A stretch of DNA of 64,000 bases, taken from assembly GCA_012522755.1 (NCBI GenBank), contig JAAYJV010000075.1, forward strand, positions 2,276 to 66,275, in the 5' to 3' direction. The notes beneath the pieces are model-generated. The model was not told the DNA's origin, did no database searches, and was given only the letters and a program-made list of their open reading frames with translations. Both the position numbers and the translations under genes were made by a program. Below are positions 18,452 to 28,946 of this stretch, one piece after another (the stretch's first letter is position 1; the number at the start of each line of letters is the position of its first letter). The stretch comes from Candidatus Hydrogenedens sp. Its GTDB lineage: Bacteria > Hydrogenedentota > Hydrogenedentia > Hydrogenedentales > CAITNO01.

Positions 18452-21400
18452 ATGATGTTCTCTGAAAAGACGTGCAGGAGTGCTGAACTCCTGTTCAGAC
18501 CGACGAAAATGCTGATGGTCTTTTCTCTGGTAATGATGTTTGTGGCTGTGAGTTCCGTCAGCTGGGGTGCTGTTGAGTACCTTGGCCGAAACTATGCCGA
18601 CAGCACCAGCGATAACACGACCATAACCTTTACAGCGAATGTTCCGGCTGACACCACCTTTGCAGTCGGCGTAGCCCACAGTTCTCGAAGTAAGAGCCCG
18701 GAGTGGATGGCCCTACACAATCAGCTCATGACCAAGGTTGATGGTCTTTGCCATACGGAAGGGGGCAGGCGTCTGGCTGTTTTCATACTGCCCAATCCGC
18801 CCACAGGAGATGGTCTGGGTGTCGGTGTACAGTATGAGAGCGGCGATAAGCGAGGCAAAATTGCCGCCATCATGTACTATAAGGGCGTTGATCTTTCTGA
18901 CCCTCTGGGGGCAATGATTAAAGAAAGTTCCAACGATCCTTTTACACAAGCGGGCAATTTTCTTGCTCTTGCTGATCTTCCCCGGGGCTGCGAAGTGTTG
19001 ACAGCCATTACAGGCGGCGTTATTTCTGCTCTTAACGGTAAACACTTCGGAGATGCAAATATCAACAATTTTGATGCTGGTGGCGGTACAGCTAAGGAAA
19101 TCTATAATGCCCGACCCAGACGCTCCACGGGAGTGGACTATCTGGGCATCGGTACCAGCTATCGTGTTTATGGTACCTTTACAGGCAATGTCCGACCTGA
19201 ATGGAATAATTATACAGGCGATGGCAGCGCAGTAGCTGTAGTTATCAAACCGGCGCCCATGACCGTGACCTATGTCTCCAATCCATCGCATGGCGGCACA
19301 ACGAACGGCCCGAACAAGATTGCTGAGTATACCGGGTCCGTCAATTTCACAGCCAATCCTGCAGCAGGCTATATTCTCGGGGGTACGCCCACAGCCACCA
19401 GTGGTTCCGTAACACCCGACGGTCCTTCCTTCAGGCTGACCAATGTTGCGACTCACACGACTGTGACGGCGAATTTCCTGGAGGTGGGATATCTCAAGGT
19501 GAATCTGACGGGGCCGGCGGAAGCAGCAAAGTGGAGCATTGATAACGGAGCGACCTGGAACAACAGCGGTGCCACGGTCACCACCCTGGTGGGTAACAAG
19601 ACCATCACATTCAAGCCTGTAACGGGCTTGACGGCCCCTGACAGCCAGTCTGTAACAATTGCCCATAACAGCTCTGAAACACGCACCGGTGTTTATATGG
19701 CAACGGTGACCTATCTGGCTGAGGATGAAGGCTCCATTGAGGGAGAGGCCATACAGACTTTGCCCTATGGCACGGCGACGAGTTCTGTTACGGCTGTACC
19801 CAAGGCCGGTTACCTTTTTGACCAGTGGGATGACGGTGTCAAGACAGCAAGCCGCAGCGATAATTCTGTAACACACACTACTGTGACAGCGAGCTTCAAG
19901 AATACACCACCGGTGATTAACGTTTCACCGGATCAGGTTTTCGTTGAATGTCCGGGCACATATACTCTGGACGATGCCCGGATAGGCGTCAGTGTCTCAG
20001 ATGCGGAAGAGACGCTGTATATCGAAAATATTGAGATCACTGAGGAAACAGGTGCGGTCTTCCCCTTTACTGATCTGCGTAGCTATACCCTCCGTTACAA
20101 TATTTCGGACTCCCACGGTCTGGCTGCGGAAGAGAAAACACGTACGGTAATTTTGCAGGACACGCTCCCGCCTGTGCTCACCGTTTTTGTCGCTGAAAAC
20201 ACAGTCATGACTTATCAGGGCGAGCCTTATGACTGTCCCATTGCAGAAGCCTGGGATAATTGCGATGGTGAATTGACTGTCAACAGAGAAGGTGACGTGG
20301 ATACGGATACGCTCGGTATTTATGAACTGAAATATACCGTTACGGACAATGTCGGTCTTTCTGCGTCCAGAAAGATTACAGTTCAGGTTGTAAGGCCTGG
20401 TGACCCCTCTATCATGAAGGTGGAAGTGGAAGGGCCTTTCTCCGTCCTCGTTACCTGGAATCGTGATGTGACGGGTATTGATGCCGCCCTGGATGCTGCG
20501 AATTATACCGTCTCCGGCAGTGGCGTCGGGTCGCTCAATGCCCAGCCTGTGGCTGTGGGTCAGGTGAGCGATGAAGTGGTTCGTCTTGTCTGGGCCGACG
20601 ATGCCGGTGAAATGCTCAACGGCGGCGATATCATTATTACGGTACCGGAAGATTTCGAAGACAACCTCGGCTATGGCATCGGCGCACGCCAGGGTGAAGA
20701 CACGGAAGGTGCCATAGGTCTCGCTCCTGAGATCACACTTGCAGGCGGTGATATGACCCTGGAATGCAATGTGGATGTCTATGAAGAGCCCGGCGCGACG
20801 GCTGAAGACAATATCGATGGCGTGATGGAGCCTCATCTTTCCGGCTATGTGAATACCAGTCTCCCCGGCGAATATGTCGTGGCCTACACGGCAAAAGACG
20901 CCGTGGGTAATGAGAATATAATGCTGCGCAGGGTTGACGTGGAAGATACCGAGGCTCCCCTGCTGGAGCTGCTTGGCGCAGCAAATATGGAAGTTGAATG
21001 CGGCACAGCCTTTGTGGATCCCGAAGTCACGGCCTATGACCAGTGTGCCGGTGACCTGATCAACGACGTGGAAGTGAGTGGTGATGTGGTGAACACCAAC
21101 GCCATCGGCCAAAGCTTCACCATCACCTATGACGTCAAGGACAGCGAAGGAAATGCGGCACCGACTGTGAGCCGTACTGTGACCATTGTAGATAATACAG
21201 GACCGGAACTGGCATTGCTGGGCACCAACCCCATGGTGTTGGACGGCATAACCATTTATGACGAACCGGGCGCTGTTGCTATTGACGCTTGCGGCAATGT
21301 GAATTGTACGGATGATATCCAGATCACGGGCAATGTGAACGTCTGGGTTGAAGGCGACTACGAGGTCACTTATACCGTCGCTGATGCACGGGGCAATGAG

Positions 21401-21826
21401 TCCAAAGCTGTGCGTGAGGTGATTGTCCGGCGCAAATACTGTGATCTCTTGTATGACCTGGAAGTGGATCCCAACCCGGCCCTTCCCGGTGAGACCGTAA
21501 CCATGCGTGCTGTGGAACTTCCGGGATCCTGTCCCATTGGTGTTGTTCACTATCAGTGGGAAAAACGCATTGACGGCAAAGCCGATGACTTCTTGCCCAT
21601 TCCCGGCGCGGACGATCTGTCTCAATTCGTTCTGCAACAAGCTGATGAGGGAGACAGTGGCCAATATCGCTGCACCGTTACGGACAGCATGATCTCCCGC
21701 CATACGCCGATAGTGGCTCTGACAGTTGACACGGGTATCCCCGCTGCAGGCGGACTGGGTATTGCCCTGACGGCTGTGGCTGCATTGGTGGCCGGTGCGT
21801 TGGTGCTCCGTAGAAAAGCTGACTAG
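18452..21826 (+). CDS. giant secreted/surface protein with repeated Ig-like (DUF5011/HYR-type) domains and a C-terminal membrane anchor
   Basis: 1124 aa. Signal-like N-terminus MLMVFSLVMMFVAVSSVSWGA. At least five repeats of the pattern P-L-L-G-...-EC-...-Y-EPGA-A-D-...-Y-V-YT-D-GN. GYLFDQWDDG is an InlB-B-repeat-like segment, and GQYRC is an Ig-like module. The C-terminus is a TM helix followed by RRKAD. Confidence 0.8.
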   Translation: MMFSEKTCRSAELLFRPTKMLMVFSLVMMFVAVSSVSWGAVEYLGRNYADSTSDNTTITFTANVPADTTFAVGVAHSSRSKSPEWMALHNQLMTKVDGLCHTEGGRRLAVFILPNPPTGDGLGVGVQYESGDKRGKIAAIMYYKGVDLSDPLGAMIKESSNDPFTQAGNFLALADLPRGCEVLTAITGGVISALNGKHFGDANINNFDAGGGTAKEIYNARPRRSTGVDYLGIGTSYRVYGTFTGNVRPEWNNYTGDGSAVAVVIKPAPMTVTYVSNPSHGGTTNGPNKIAEYTGSVNFTANPAAGYILGGTPTATSGSVTPDGPSFRLTNVATHTTVTANFLEVGYLKVNLTGPAEAAKWSIDNGATWNNSGATVTTLVGNKTITFKPVTGLTAPDSQSVTIAHNSSETRTGVYMATVTYLAEDEGSIEGEAIQTLPYGTATSSVTAVPKAGYLFDQWDDGVKTASRSDNSVTHTTVTASFKNTPPVINVSPDQVFVECPGTYTLDDARIGVSVSDAEETLYIENIEITEETGAVFPFTDLRSYTLRYNISDSHGLAAEEKTRTVILQDTLPPVLTVFVAENTVMTYQGEPYDCPIAEAWDNCDGELTVNREGDVDTDTLGIYELKYTVTDNVGLSASRKITVQVVRPGDPSIMKVEVEGPFSVLVTWNRDVTGIDAALDAANYTVSGSGVGSLNAQPVAVGQVSDEVVRLVWADDAGEMLNGGDIIITVPEDFEDNLGYGIGARQGEDTEGAIGLAPEITLAGGDMTLECNVDVYEEPGATAEDNIDGVMEPHLSGYVNTSLPGEYVVAYTAKDAVGNENIMLRRVDVEDTEAPLLELLGAANMEVECGTAFVDPEVTAYDQCAGDLINDVEVSGDVVNTNAIGQSFTITYDVKDSEGNAAPTVSRTVTIVDNTGPELALLGTNPMVLDGITIYDEPGAVAIDACGNVNCTDDIQITGNVNVWVEGDYEVTYTVADARGNESKAVREVIVRRKYCDLLYDLEVDPNPALPGETVTMRAVELPGSCPIGVVHYQWEKRIDGKADDFLPIPGADDLSQFVLQQADEGDSGQYRCTVTDSMISRHTPIVALTVDTGIPAAGGLGIALTAVAALVAGALVLRRKAD

Positions 21827-21908
21827 TTCATTTCATTTCTCCGAGTTGGCTGTATCGGTCAAGAATGACTGATGCAGCCTTCACGGGGTCTCATAGCTTC
21901 AGACTTGC

Positions 21909-21949
21909 AGGCGGTGTCAGTGCTTCGGTGCCGGCACCGCCTCTTTTTC
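21909..21949 (+). terminator. intrinsic terminator after the surface-protein gene
   Basis: Stem AGGCGGTG (21909-21916) / CACCGCCT (21935-21942), followed by CTTTTT. Confidence 0.6.
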
Positions 21950-22085
21950 AGGGGTGAGGGCGAGAATAGTGTTCAGTCGCCCTTTTCCTCCCAAACCGAC
22001 GGCTTCGGGGCAAAAATTTGATTTAACCTTTTCTCATCTGCTAAACTACGCACCGTCAAGACACAGTTCTTGTGTCTTCATCTGC

Positions 22086-22163
<78 letters not shown>

Positions 22164-22764
22164 TTTTTTTTCTTCCTCTTTTATCCCTCATTCTCCGCGG
22201 GTGAGTTGTGCCTCCTTTCCTCTTTTTTTTCGTCTTCTTTTCCACTCTTTTTATTGAAAAATAATCCCCACTTTTTTGTACATATATGGTATACTGAAAG
22301 TAGAAGATAACGGCGATGGAACATCAACCCCGCCGATACCGGCCCATGAAAAGGAGCTTCCTCCTCCGTCGTTGTTTCTTCTCTACATAGGACGCCTTGT
22401 TCAGGCGGTTTTGCCGACAAGTGCAGTCCGTGTTTTCCAGACAGCCTGCCCAAGTCCGGCAAGGACAAGGCGCTGGAAGCGCCATCGAAAAGCAGTATAA
22501 AGCTGTCGGAAACACCTCCCCCGGAGCCGTTTTGTCGGGTGCGTCGGGTACATGCAGGTTGAGCATGCTGTGGTGATGATGGTTGTGCGACGCACGAGCA
22601 CGCAAAACGGCTCCCCTTTGTGTGTCAGCCAGGCCCCTTCCGGATAAAGACTCCTTTTTCACTCTCTCCTCCACGCTCCATTCTTATCCCTGCTCTCGTG
22701 TATACTCTTGTTCAGAGCAGTCACGTTTTCAAATGCCTGAGCAGCAAGAGGAGTCCGTAAAAAC

Positions 22765-23991
22765 ATGGAATCACAGTGCCGCGATATTGCCATTATCGGC
22801 GGCGGGATCGTGGGCATAGCCACAGCGTACAGGCTTTCCCTTCAAACCCGCGCTTCCATTCTGGTACTGGAATCCGAATCTTCTCTCGCAGCTCATCAGA
22901 CAGGCAACAACAGCGGTGTCGTTCATTCCGGCCTGTATTATAAGCCGGGGTCCATGAAAGCCCGGACCTGCAAAGAAGGACGTGATGCCTTATACCGCTT
23001 TTGTGGAGAAGAGGGGGTTCCCTGTGAACGTTGTGGAAAAGTCGTCATCGCCACAACAGCGGAGGAAGAAGAGAGGCTTGCGGAACTTGCCCGGAGGGGC
23101 GAGGCCAACGGTCTTACGGATATCCGCCTTCTCGATGCTGGCGCCTTGAAAGAGCATGAGCCCCATGCCACAGGCCGGGCCGCCCTGCATGTACCGGAAA
23201 CGGGCATTGTGGATTTTTCCGTGCTCACTGAATGCTTCGCCGGAAAAGCCGAGGCCAATGGCGTGGAGATCCGAAAAGAGCAGCGCCTCAAAAGATGCCG
23301 ATTCCATCAGGACTTCATCACCCTCGAAACAACGGCGGACGAAGTTTTCCAGGTGAGAGCGCTCATCAACACGGCCGGACTCCAATGCGATCGTGTCGCC
23401 CGCCTTTGCGGACTCAAGCCGGATATACGCATCATTCCTTTTCGGGGCGAATACTACACCCTGGCTCCGGAACGGGCGGGACTTGTGCAAAACCTCATTT
23501 ATCCCGTGCCCGATCCGCGTTTTCCCTTTCTGGGTGTACATTTCACACGACGCATCGACGGCGGGATTGAAGCCGGACCCAACGCTGTTCTTGCCATGAA
23601 ACGGGAGGGCTATTCCTGGAAAGCGTGGAGTCCCGCCGATCTGGCCGCCCTGGCGAGTTGGCCCGGATTCTGGCTCATGAGCACAAAATACTGGCGCACG
23701 GGACTGCATGAGATGTACCGTTCCTTCAGCCGTGCAGCCTTTGCCCAGGCTCTGAGGCGGCTCTTGCCCGAGATCAGAGAGGAAGATCTGCATCCCGGCG
23801 GCGCAGGTGTCCGGGCCCAGGCTGTAGACCGGCGGGGCAGGCTCCTGGACGATTTTCATCTGCTGGAAACAGAGCGGATGATCCACGTGCTCAATGCGCC
23901 TTCACCGGCTGCGACCGCTTCATTGGCCATAGGCGATACCATTACCCGACGGGCGCAGCAGCTCTTTGATCTTCCCCAGGGGAGGGGATAA
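22765..23991 (+). CDS. lhgO: L-2-hydroxyglutarate oxidase/dehydrogenase (FAD-dependent)
   Basis: DIAIIGGGIVGIATAY is the FAD fold, and HQTGNNSGVVHSGLYYKPGS is typical of LhgO/YgaF. Confidence 0.8.
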   Translation: MESQCRDIAIIGGGIVGIATAYRLSLQTRASILVLESESSLAAHQTGNNSGVVHSGLYYKPGSMKARTCKEGRDALYRFCGEEGVPCERCGKVVIATTAEEEERLAELARRGEANGLTDIRLLDAGALKEHEPHATGRAALHVPETGIVDFSVLTECFAGKAEANGVEIRKEQRLKRCRFHQDFITLETTADEVFQVRALINTAGLQCDRVARLCGLKPDIRIIPFRGEYYTLAPERAGLVQNLIYPVPDPRFPFLGVHFTRRIDGGIEAGPNAVLAMKREGYSWKAWSPADLAALASWPGFWLMSTKYWRTGLHEMYRSFSRAAFAQALRRLLPEIREEDLHPGGAGVRAQAVDRRGRLLDDFHLLETERMIHVLNAPSPAATASLAIGDTITRRAQQLFDLPQGRG

Positions 23992-23998
23992 CCACCGC

Positions 23999-24799
23999 TT
24001 ATTCTTTTTCTTCTTTTCCCCCGTCGGAATCTTCTTTGAATTTAAAGGTGGCCACACAGGGAAGATGGTCTGAGGCGACTTTGGTGCGATCATCCTGAAT
24101 CACCCGGCTGGAGGTGATTTCCAGATCTTTACTTGCGAAAATCAGATCGATCCTGCTTTTGGGGCTTTCCGTCGGAATGGAGCCCATAATGGGCTCTTCT
24201 TCCTGATCCAGCGAAACCTGCATCTTTTCCAGCAGGAGTTTCATCCCCGGCGCATCGATACGTTCATTCATATCGCCCGCGAGAATACAGGGATTTTCAT
24301 CGGGCAGATCTGCGATGGTCTCCGACTGAGCCAGCCGTTCAATACCCGTCAGCCCCAGATGGGTACACAGAATATCCACAGGCCGCCCCAGCCATTCCAC
24401 CGTTACGGAAAGGCAGCCCCGGGGCTCTTTATTGTTGGGATTGGGCAGAGCAGTATTGAAGCTCTTCAACACAGGCAGCTTCGTTGCAATGGCATTGCCA
24501 TATTCGCCCCCGTCAAAATAATAATTCGCACCGAAAACACATTCCATCTTCAGAATCTCACCCAGAAGCACGGGCATATCCCGTTTTTTCGTACGCGGCA
24601 GATTCTTGTCCACCTCTTGAAAGCACACCACGTCCGCGCCGGCATCCAGGGCCACAGCGGCAATACGCTCCAGATCCACCACACCATCGAGGCCCTCACC
24701 ATGATGAATGTTGTAAGTCATCACCACAAGATCCGGCACTTCCGCCGGAGTCGCAGCCGAAAGCGTCAGGGAAAGACACAAAAGAAGAGGGGAGAGCAT
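23999..24799 (-). CDS. secreted endonuclease/exonuclease/phosphatase (EEP) family protein
   Basis: Signal peptide, then VMTYNIHHGEG, CFQEVD and a C-terminal SDHLP, all hallmarks of the EEP family. Confidence 0.8.
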   Translation of the reverse strand: MLSPLLLCLSLTLSAATPAEVPDLVVMTYNIHHGEGLDGVVDLERIAAVALDAGADVVCFQEVDKNLPRTKKRDMPVLLGEILKMECVFGANYYFDGGEYGNAIATKLPVLKSFNTALPNPNNKEPRGCLSVTVEWLGRPVDILCTHLGLTGIERLAQSETIADLPDENPCILAGDMNERIDAPGMKLLLEKMQVSLDQEEEPIMGSIPTESPKSRIDLIFASKDLEITSSRVIQDDRTKVASDHLPCVATFKFKEDSDGGKEEKE

Positions 24800-25019
24800 G
24801 GAGATACTCCTTATGATTGTTCTGTTTTTACAAAGCCATTATAAACAGCTGTCCCATTGATCTGATCCACAGGTCATCATACCCCTTATGCGCCTGAACA
24901 TACAAGACCTCTTTTTTTTCAGCCCTTCCACAACTGCTTTTCCAAAATTGTCCTTCAGCCCGGAACAGCTCGAATAAAGATGGTTGTATGACAGAGGCAA
25001 TTTTGAGTATTATCTGGGT

Positions 25020-25457
25020 ATGAAACTTTCTACTCGTGCACGATATGGATTGCGCGCCATGGTTGAACTGGCACGTCATGAAGATGGCATTACCGGCCGT
25101 AACATCGCTGAAAACCAGAAGCTCCCCGCTGCATATCTGGAACAGCTCATGTCCCGGCTCCGTCATGCAGGTCTCGTGACAGCGACCCGTGGCGCCCGGG
25201 GACGTTTCATGCTTGCCCGTAAAGCCGATACCATCTCCCTGGCCGAAATCATTGAAGTTCTGGAAGGCACCATTGAACTGGCCAGCTGCGATGAGATCAC
25301 CCACTGTGCCGGATCTCCCGAGCGTTGCGCACTGCGGCAGTTTTACCAGGGAGTCAACCAGGCGCTTTTTGAGCACCTGTCAAATATCTCTCTGGAAAAA
25401 CTGATGCAGGATCACTTCCGGCAACTTGATGCACTGGGTGAAGATTTCTCCATCTGA
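25020..25457 (+). CDS. Rrf2 family transcriptional regulator (probable Fe-S binding)
   Basis: MKLSTRARYGLRAMVELA is an Rrf2 wHTH N-terminus. The three-Cys cluster C-x5-C-x6-C (CDEITHCAGSPERC) is IscR/NsrR-like. Start moved to the ATG at 25020. Confidence 0.85.
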   Translation: MKLSTRARYGLRAMVELARHEDGITGRNIAENQKLPAAYLEQLMSRLRHAGLVTATRGARGRFMLARKADTISLAEIIEVLEGTIELASCDEITHCAGSPERCALRQFYQGVNQALFEHLSNISLEKLMQDHFRQLDALGEDFSI

Positions 25458-25593
25458 CCCTCCCGCTTTTCTTTTCTTCAGCTCTCCGCAAGCCTCACTC
25501 TTTCCACTCTTTACGGAGTGAAATATAAAAAACTTTACTCCTGACCCGCTGATTGTCAATAATGATCTGTAGTTAAAGACAAGGAGTAGCCTT

Positions 25594-26994
25594 ATGTTTG
25601 ATTCAATTCGATCCCGTCGCCTTTCTCTTGTTCTCAGTCTCATGATCCTGTTCAGCCTGAGCGATCTGGCCTTGGCTGCAGAACCCGCCCTCTTCCAGGT
25701 AGGCCGTGCCCGTGTGTGCGTGACACCGGCATTGGGCGCCAAGCTGGCCGGTTATTTCCATGATCGCGAAGCGACCTATGTGCGCGACGATATTTTTGTC
25801 CGTGCAGTCGTCATAGACAACGGTGAAACACAACTGGCCCTGGTCTCCTGCGATCTGATCAGCATGACAGCGGAAGTGGCTGACCCCGCCAAGGCCATCA
25901 TTGAGGAGAAAACCGGCATTCCCGCCGGCAACATCCTGATTTGCGCCACCCATACCCACACGGGACCGGAGTTGCGCCCCAGAGGCAGCGTGGCCCGTGA
26001 TGAAGAATGGACCAAAGACCTGGTTCACCGCATCGCCGAGGCCGTGATCAACGCCCACGAAGGCAAAGTTGCCGCCAGGCTCTGCGCAGGAGAGGCCGAT
26101 GCTTCCGGTTATTCTTTCAACAGAATTTTCCGGCGCAAAGACGGCAGTGAAGTCTTCGGCAGATCCGCCAGCGACAAGACAATCATCGGTTCAGCAGGAC
26201 CTGTTGACCCCGCGCTGCAAACCCTCTCCGCTGTTGATGAAAGCGGAAAGCTCATTGCTGTGCTCATCAACTTCGCCATGCACCCCGATGTGATCGGCGG
26301 GGGCAGTGCCGATTTCATTTCCGGAGACTGGCCCGGACTCATGAGCAATACCCTCACCGATGTCTATGGTGAAGAGATGGTCACCCTCCTTCTTCAGGGA
26401 ACCTGCGGCGATATCAACCACAACCCCTACGGTAAAACCTTCCTGCCCACAAGCGGACCCGCCAAAGCCGAACAGCTGGGCCGGGCTCTGGCCGGAGCAG
26501 CCATGGTGGCTCTGGAACGGGCGGAACCCATGACCGATTCGAGTCTGGCCGTGGCGCATAAGGTTCTTGAGCTGCCCTTCTACACCCGTGATGAAGCCAT
26601 TTTCAAGGAAATGGACGCTCTGGAAAAGAAAGAAAAGCTCAGCATCATGGAAGAAGCCAATATACGGCGTGTCCGCGAATGGGCCAACGACGGCAAGACC
26701 ACTTCCGTACCCATACAAACCATGCGTATCGGTGAAGTGGGATTGGCGGCTTTCCCGGCTGAAATCTTTGTACGTATCGGTCTGGAAGTGAAATACTGGT
26801 CTCAGGCTCCCCGTACCTTTGTTGTTGAACTGGCCAATGACCGCGTCTCCACCTATGTGCCTGACACGGACCATGCCGACCGGGGCGCCTATGGGCAAAG
26901 ACCCATCCTGTCCCGTTGGCTTCAGTCCGATGCGGGCCGGCACATGGCTGATGCGGCCATTGATATGCTTTATGGACTTTTTCCAAAGGAATAA
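25594..26994 (+). CDS. neutral/alkaline ceramidase-like hydrolase family protein, secreted
   Basis: Signal peptide. GAKLAGY ... DDIFVRAVVI ... ICATHTHTGPE matches my recollection of the N-terminal ceramidase-domain signature. Confidence 0.55.
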   Translation: MFDSIRSRRLSLVLSLMILFSLSDLALAAEPALFQVGRARVCVTPALGAKLAGYFHDREATYVRDDIFVRAVVIDNGETQLALVSCDLISMTAEVADPAKAIIEEKTGIPAGNILICATHTHTGPELRPRGSVARDEEWTKDLVHRIAEAVINAHEGKVAARLCAGEADASGYSFNRIFRRKDGSEVFGRSASDKTIIGSAGPVDPALQTLSAVDESGKLIAVLINFAMHPDVIGGGSADFISGDWPGLMSNTLTDVYGEEMVTLLLQGTCGDINHNPYGKTFLPTSGPAKAEQLGRALAGAAMVALERAEPMTDSSLAVAHKVLELPFYTRDEAIFKEMDALEKKEKLSIMEEANIRRVREWANDGKTTSVPIQTMRIGEVGLAAFPAEIFVRIGLEVKYWSQAPRTFVVELANDRVSTYVPDTDHADRGAYGQRPILSRWLQSDAGRHMADAAIDMLYGLFPKE

Positions 26995-27175
26995 GAAATC
27001 GGGTCTTTGGGAATCACAAAGAATCTTGTAGCGGATTCAGGCGAACCCGTTGCTGAATTGCTGTTATAATGACAACCGGGCTCGCCGGAGGTTCCGTGCA
27101 TGTTGAAGCCCGGAAGTGGGTGAAACCGCAGATCCGGGTATAAGGCTGAACCATCAGAAAAAAAGGAATTGTCTC

Positions 27176-27892
27176 ATGAAAAAAACAACTGTCCTCATCG
27201 CTCTCTCGCTCCTGTGGATAGCCGCTGGATGTCATGCCAACGAAATCCAGGCCGATACCTGGTCTGAAAAAAACTTTATCACTCTGCCTCCTGATGCCAT
27301 GTTCCTGCTCATGGATCTGGACAAAGCGAAGCCGCTGTTCAAAAAAGATCTTTCCAACGCCGTCTGTGAAGAGGGTGGCTGGGACTATGACAAAGGAGTG
27401 CTCACAGCCACGGGCAAAGGGGATATCTGGTCCGAAGACGAGTATGGCGATTTTCTCCTGGCCTTGGAATTCCGTTGCGTATCTGACACGAACAGCGGTG
27501 TCTTTCTCCGCTGCAACGACCTGGACGACTGGATCAACACGGCCATAGAAGTGCAGATCCTTCAGGATAATGAAGGGGTGAAGAACACACGGCATCGCTG
27601 CGGCGGCATCTTCGACTGTGTCACGCCCCGCACTCCTGAGCTCAAGGAGCTGGGTGAGTGGAATGAATTCGTCATTCTCGCCAAGGGCAGTCATATTTAT
27701 GTGCTCCTCAACGGCACCCAGGTTACGGGCATGGATCTGGACAAGTGGACGGAGGCGGGGAAAAATCCTGACGGTTCACGCAACAAGTTCAAGAACGCCT
27801 ATAAAGATATGAGCCGTGTCGGTCGTGTGGGTCTTCAGTATCACGGCCAGGACATCTCTTTCAGAAACATGCGTATTCTGGTTCTGGACTGA
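27176..27892 (+). CDS. DUF1080 (3-keto-disaccharide hydrolase-like) domain lipoprotein
   Basis: Lipobox LWIAAGC. DEYGDFLLALEFR, NSGVFLR, IEVQILQD and GRVGLQYHGQDISFRNMRI are typical DUF1080 blocks. Confidence 0.75.
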   Translation: MKKTTVLIALSLLWIAAGCHANEIQADTWSEKNFITLPPDAMFLLMDLDKAKPLFKKDLSNAVCEEGGWDYDKGVLTATGKGDIWSEDEYGDFLLALEFRCVSDTNSGVFLRCNDLDDWINTAIEVQILQDNEGVKNTRHRCGGIFDCVTPRTPELKELGEWNEFVILAKGSHIYVLLNGTQVTGMDLDKWTEAGKNPDGSRNKFKNAYKDMSRVGRVGLQYHGQDISFRNMRILVLD

Positions 27893-27921
27893 GTTTTTTT
27901 TCATAAGGAGTGTTTTGCTTC

Positions 27922-28329
27922 ATGCTTCCACAGACCAAAGCGATTTATCTTTGCGGGCCCATCATGGACGCCTCGCCGGATGACAGTAAAAGCTGGCGGC
28001 AACGTGCCAAAGAACGGTTGGCCGGCAAATTCATTCTTCTCGATCCCATGCGGCGCAACTTCCGGGATCGGGAAATCGACAGTGCCAATGAGATAGTGGA
28101 ATTTGATCTGCAGGATGTGCGCACGGCCGATATCCTTCTGGTCAATTACACAAAAGCTTCCATCGGTACGGCCATGGAAGTTTTTTACGCCTCCCATGAT
28201 CTGGGTAAATTTGTCATCGCTTTTTCCCCGGAAGAATATCAGAACATGTCGCCCTGGATGGTGAAGTTCTGCACGAAAATTCTCCCCGATCTGAATGAAG
28301 CCCTGGATTATATTGAAAGACATTTCTAG
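27922..28329 (+). CDS. nucleoside 2-deoxyribosyltransferase-like protein
   Basis: IYLCGPI at the N-terminus and GTAMEVFYASHDLGKFVIAF (putative catalytic Glu) fit the NDT-like fold. ATG at 27922 follows RBS AAGGAG. Confidence 0.55.
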   Translation: MLPQTKAIYLCGPIMDASPDDSKSWRQRAKERLAGKFILLDPMRRNFRDREIDSANEIVEFDLQDVRTADILLVNYTKASIGTAMEVFYASHDLGKFVIAFSPEEYQNMSPWMVKFCTKILPDLNEALDYIERHF

Positions 28330-28391
28330 TTCAAGTCATGATGTGATGACAGACATCTGCTTTTCCGAAACGAAAAGAAAGGAATAAGATT

Positions 28392-28895
28392 ATGGAGTGT
28401 TGCTGTGACAAAGCCCTCGTTGCCGTCATTATGGGGAGCGAATCCGACTGGGAGACCATGCACCGCGCCCATTCCACACTCAAAGAGTATGCCGTGCCTC
28501 ATTGCTGCAGGGTGCTCTCCGCACACAGGACGCCCGATCTGCTCGCCGAGACCATACGTGCAGCCGACGAGGCCGGCGTGGAGGTCTTTATCGCCGGTGC
28601 CGGTCTTGCAGCCGCATTGCCCGGTACAATCGCTTCTCTCACGACCAAACCCGTATTGGGCGTTCCCATTCAAACAGGTGCCTACAACGGGCAGGATGCT
28701 CTGCTGGCCATGGTACAGATGCCTCCGGGAATACCTGTGGGCGCCCTGACCATCGGTACGGCCGGAGCCACCAATGCGGCGCTGCTGGCCATTTCTATTC
28801 TGGCCAATTCACGCCCGGAATACAGAGATAAACTGCAACAATACAGAGATAAACAAGCGGCGAGAGTGGCCGCCATTAAACTTCCCTGCGACTGA
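28392..28895 (+). CDS. purE: 5-(carboxyamino)imidazole ribonucleotide mutase
   Basis: VAVIMGSESDW and LSAHRTPD are PurE signatures, at the expected size of 167 aa. Confidence 0.9.
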   Translation: MECCCDKALVAVIMGSESDWETMHRAHSTLKEYAVPHCCRVLSAHRTPDLLAETIRAADEAGVEVFIAGAGLAAALPGTIASLTTKPVLGVPIQTGAYNGQDALLAMVQMPPGIPVGALTIGTAGATNAALLAISILANSRPEYRDKLQQYRDKQAARVAAIKLPCD

Positions 28896-28946
28896 CTTCC
28901 GCCATTGATTGTTTTATGAACAAATACAAAACGAAAGGGTCTTACC

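Noticed and set aside
22164-22764. Known housekeeping RNAs (RNase P RNA, tmRNA, SRP RNA) or a fluoride riboswitch (GGCGATGG at about 22311) in the gene-free interval
   Set aside because: I found none of the universal blocks: GAGGAAAGTCCGG for RNase P, the tRNA-like ends and tag ORF of tmRNA, or the SRP helix-8 GGAA/AGCA motifs. The GGCGATGG context does not form the crcB pseudoknot pattern.
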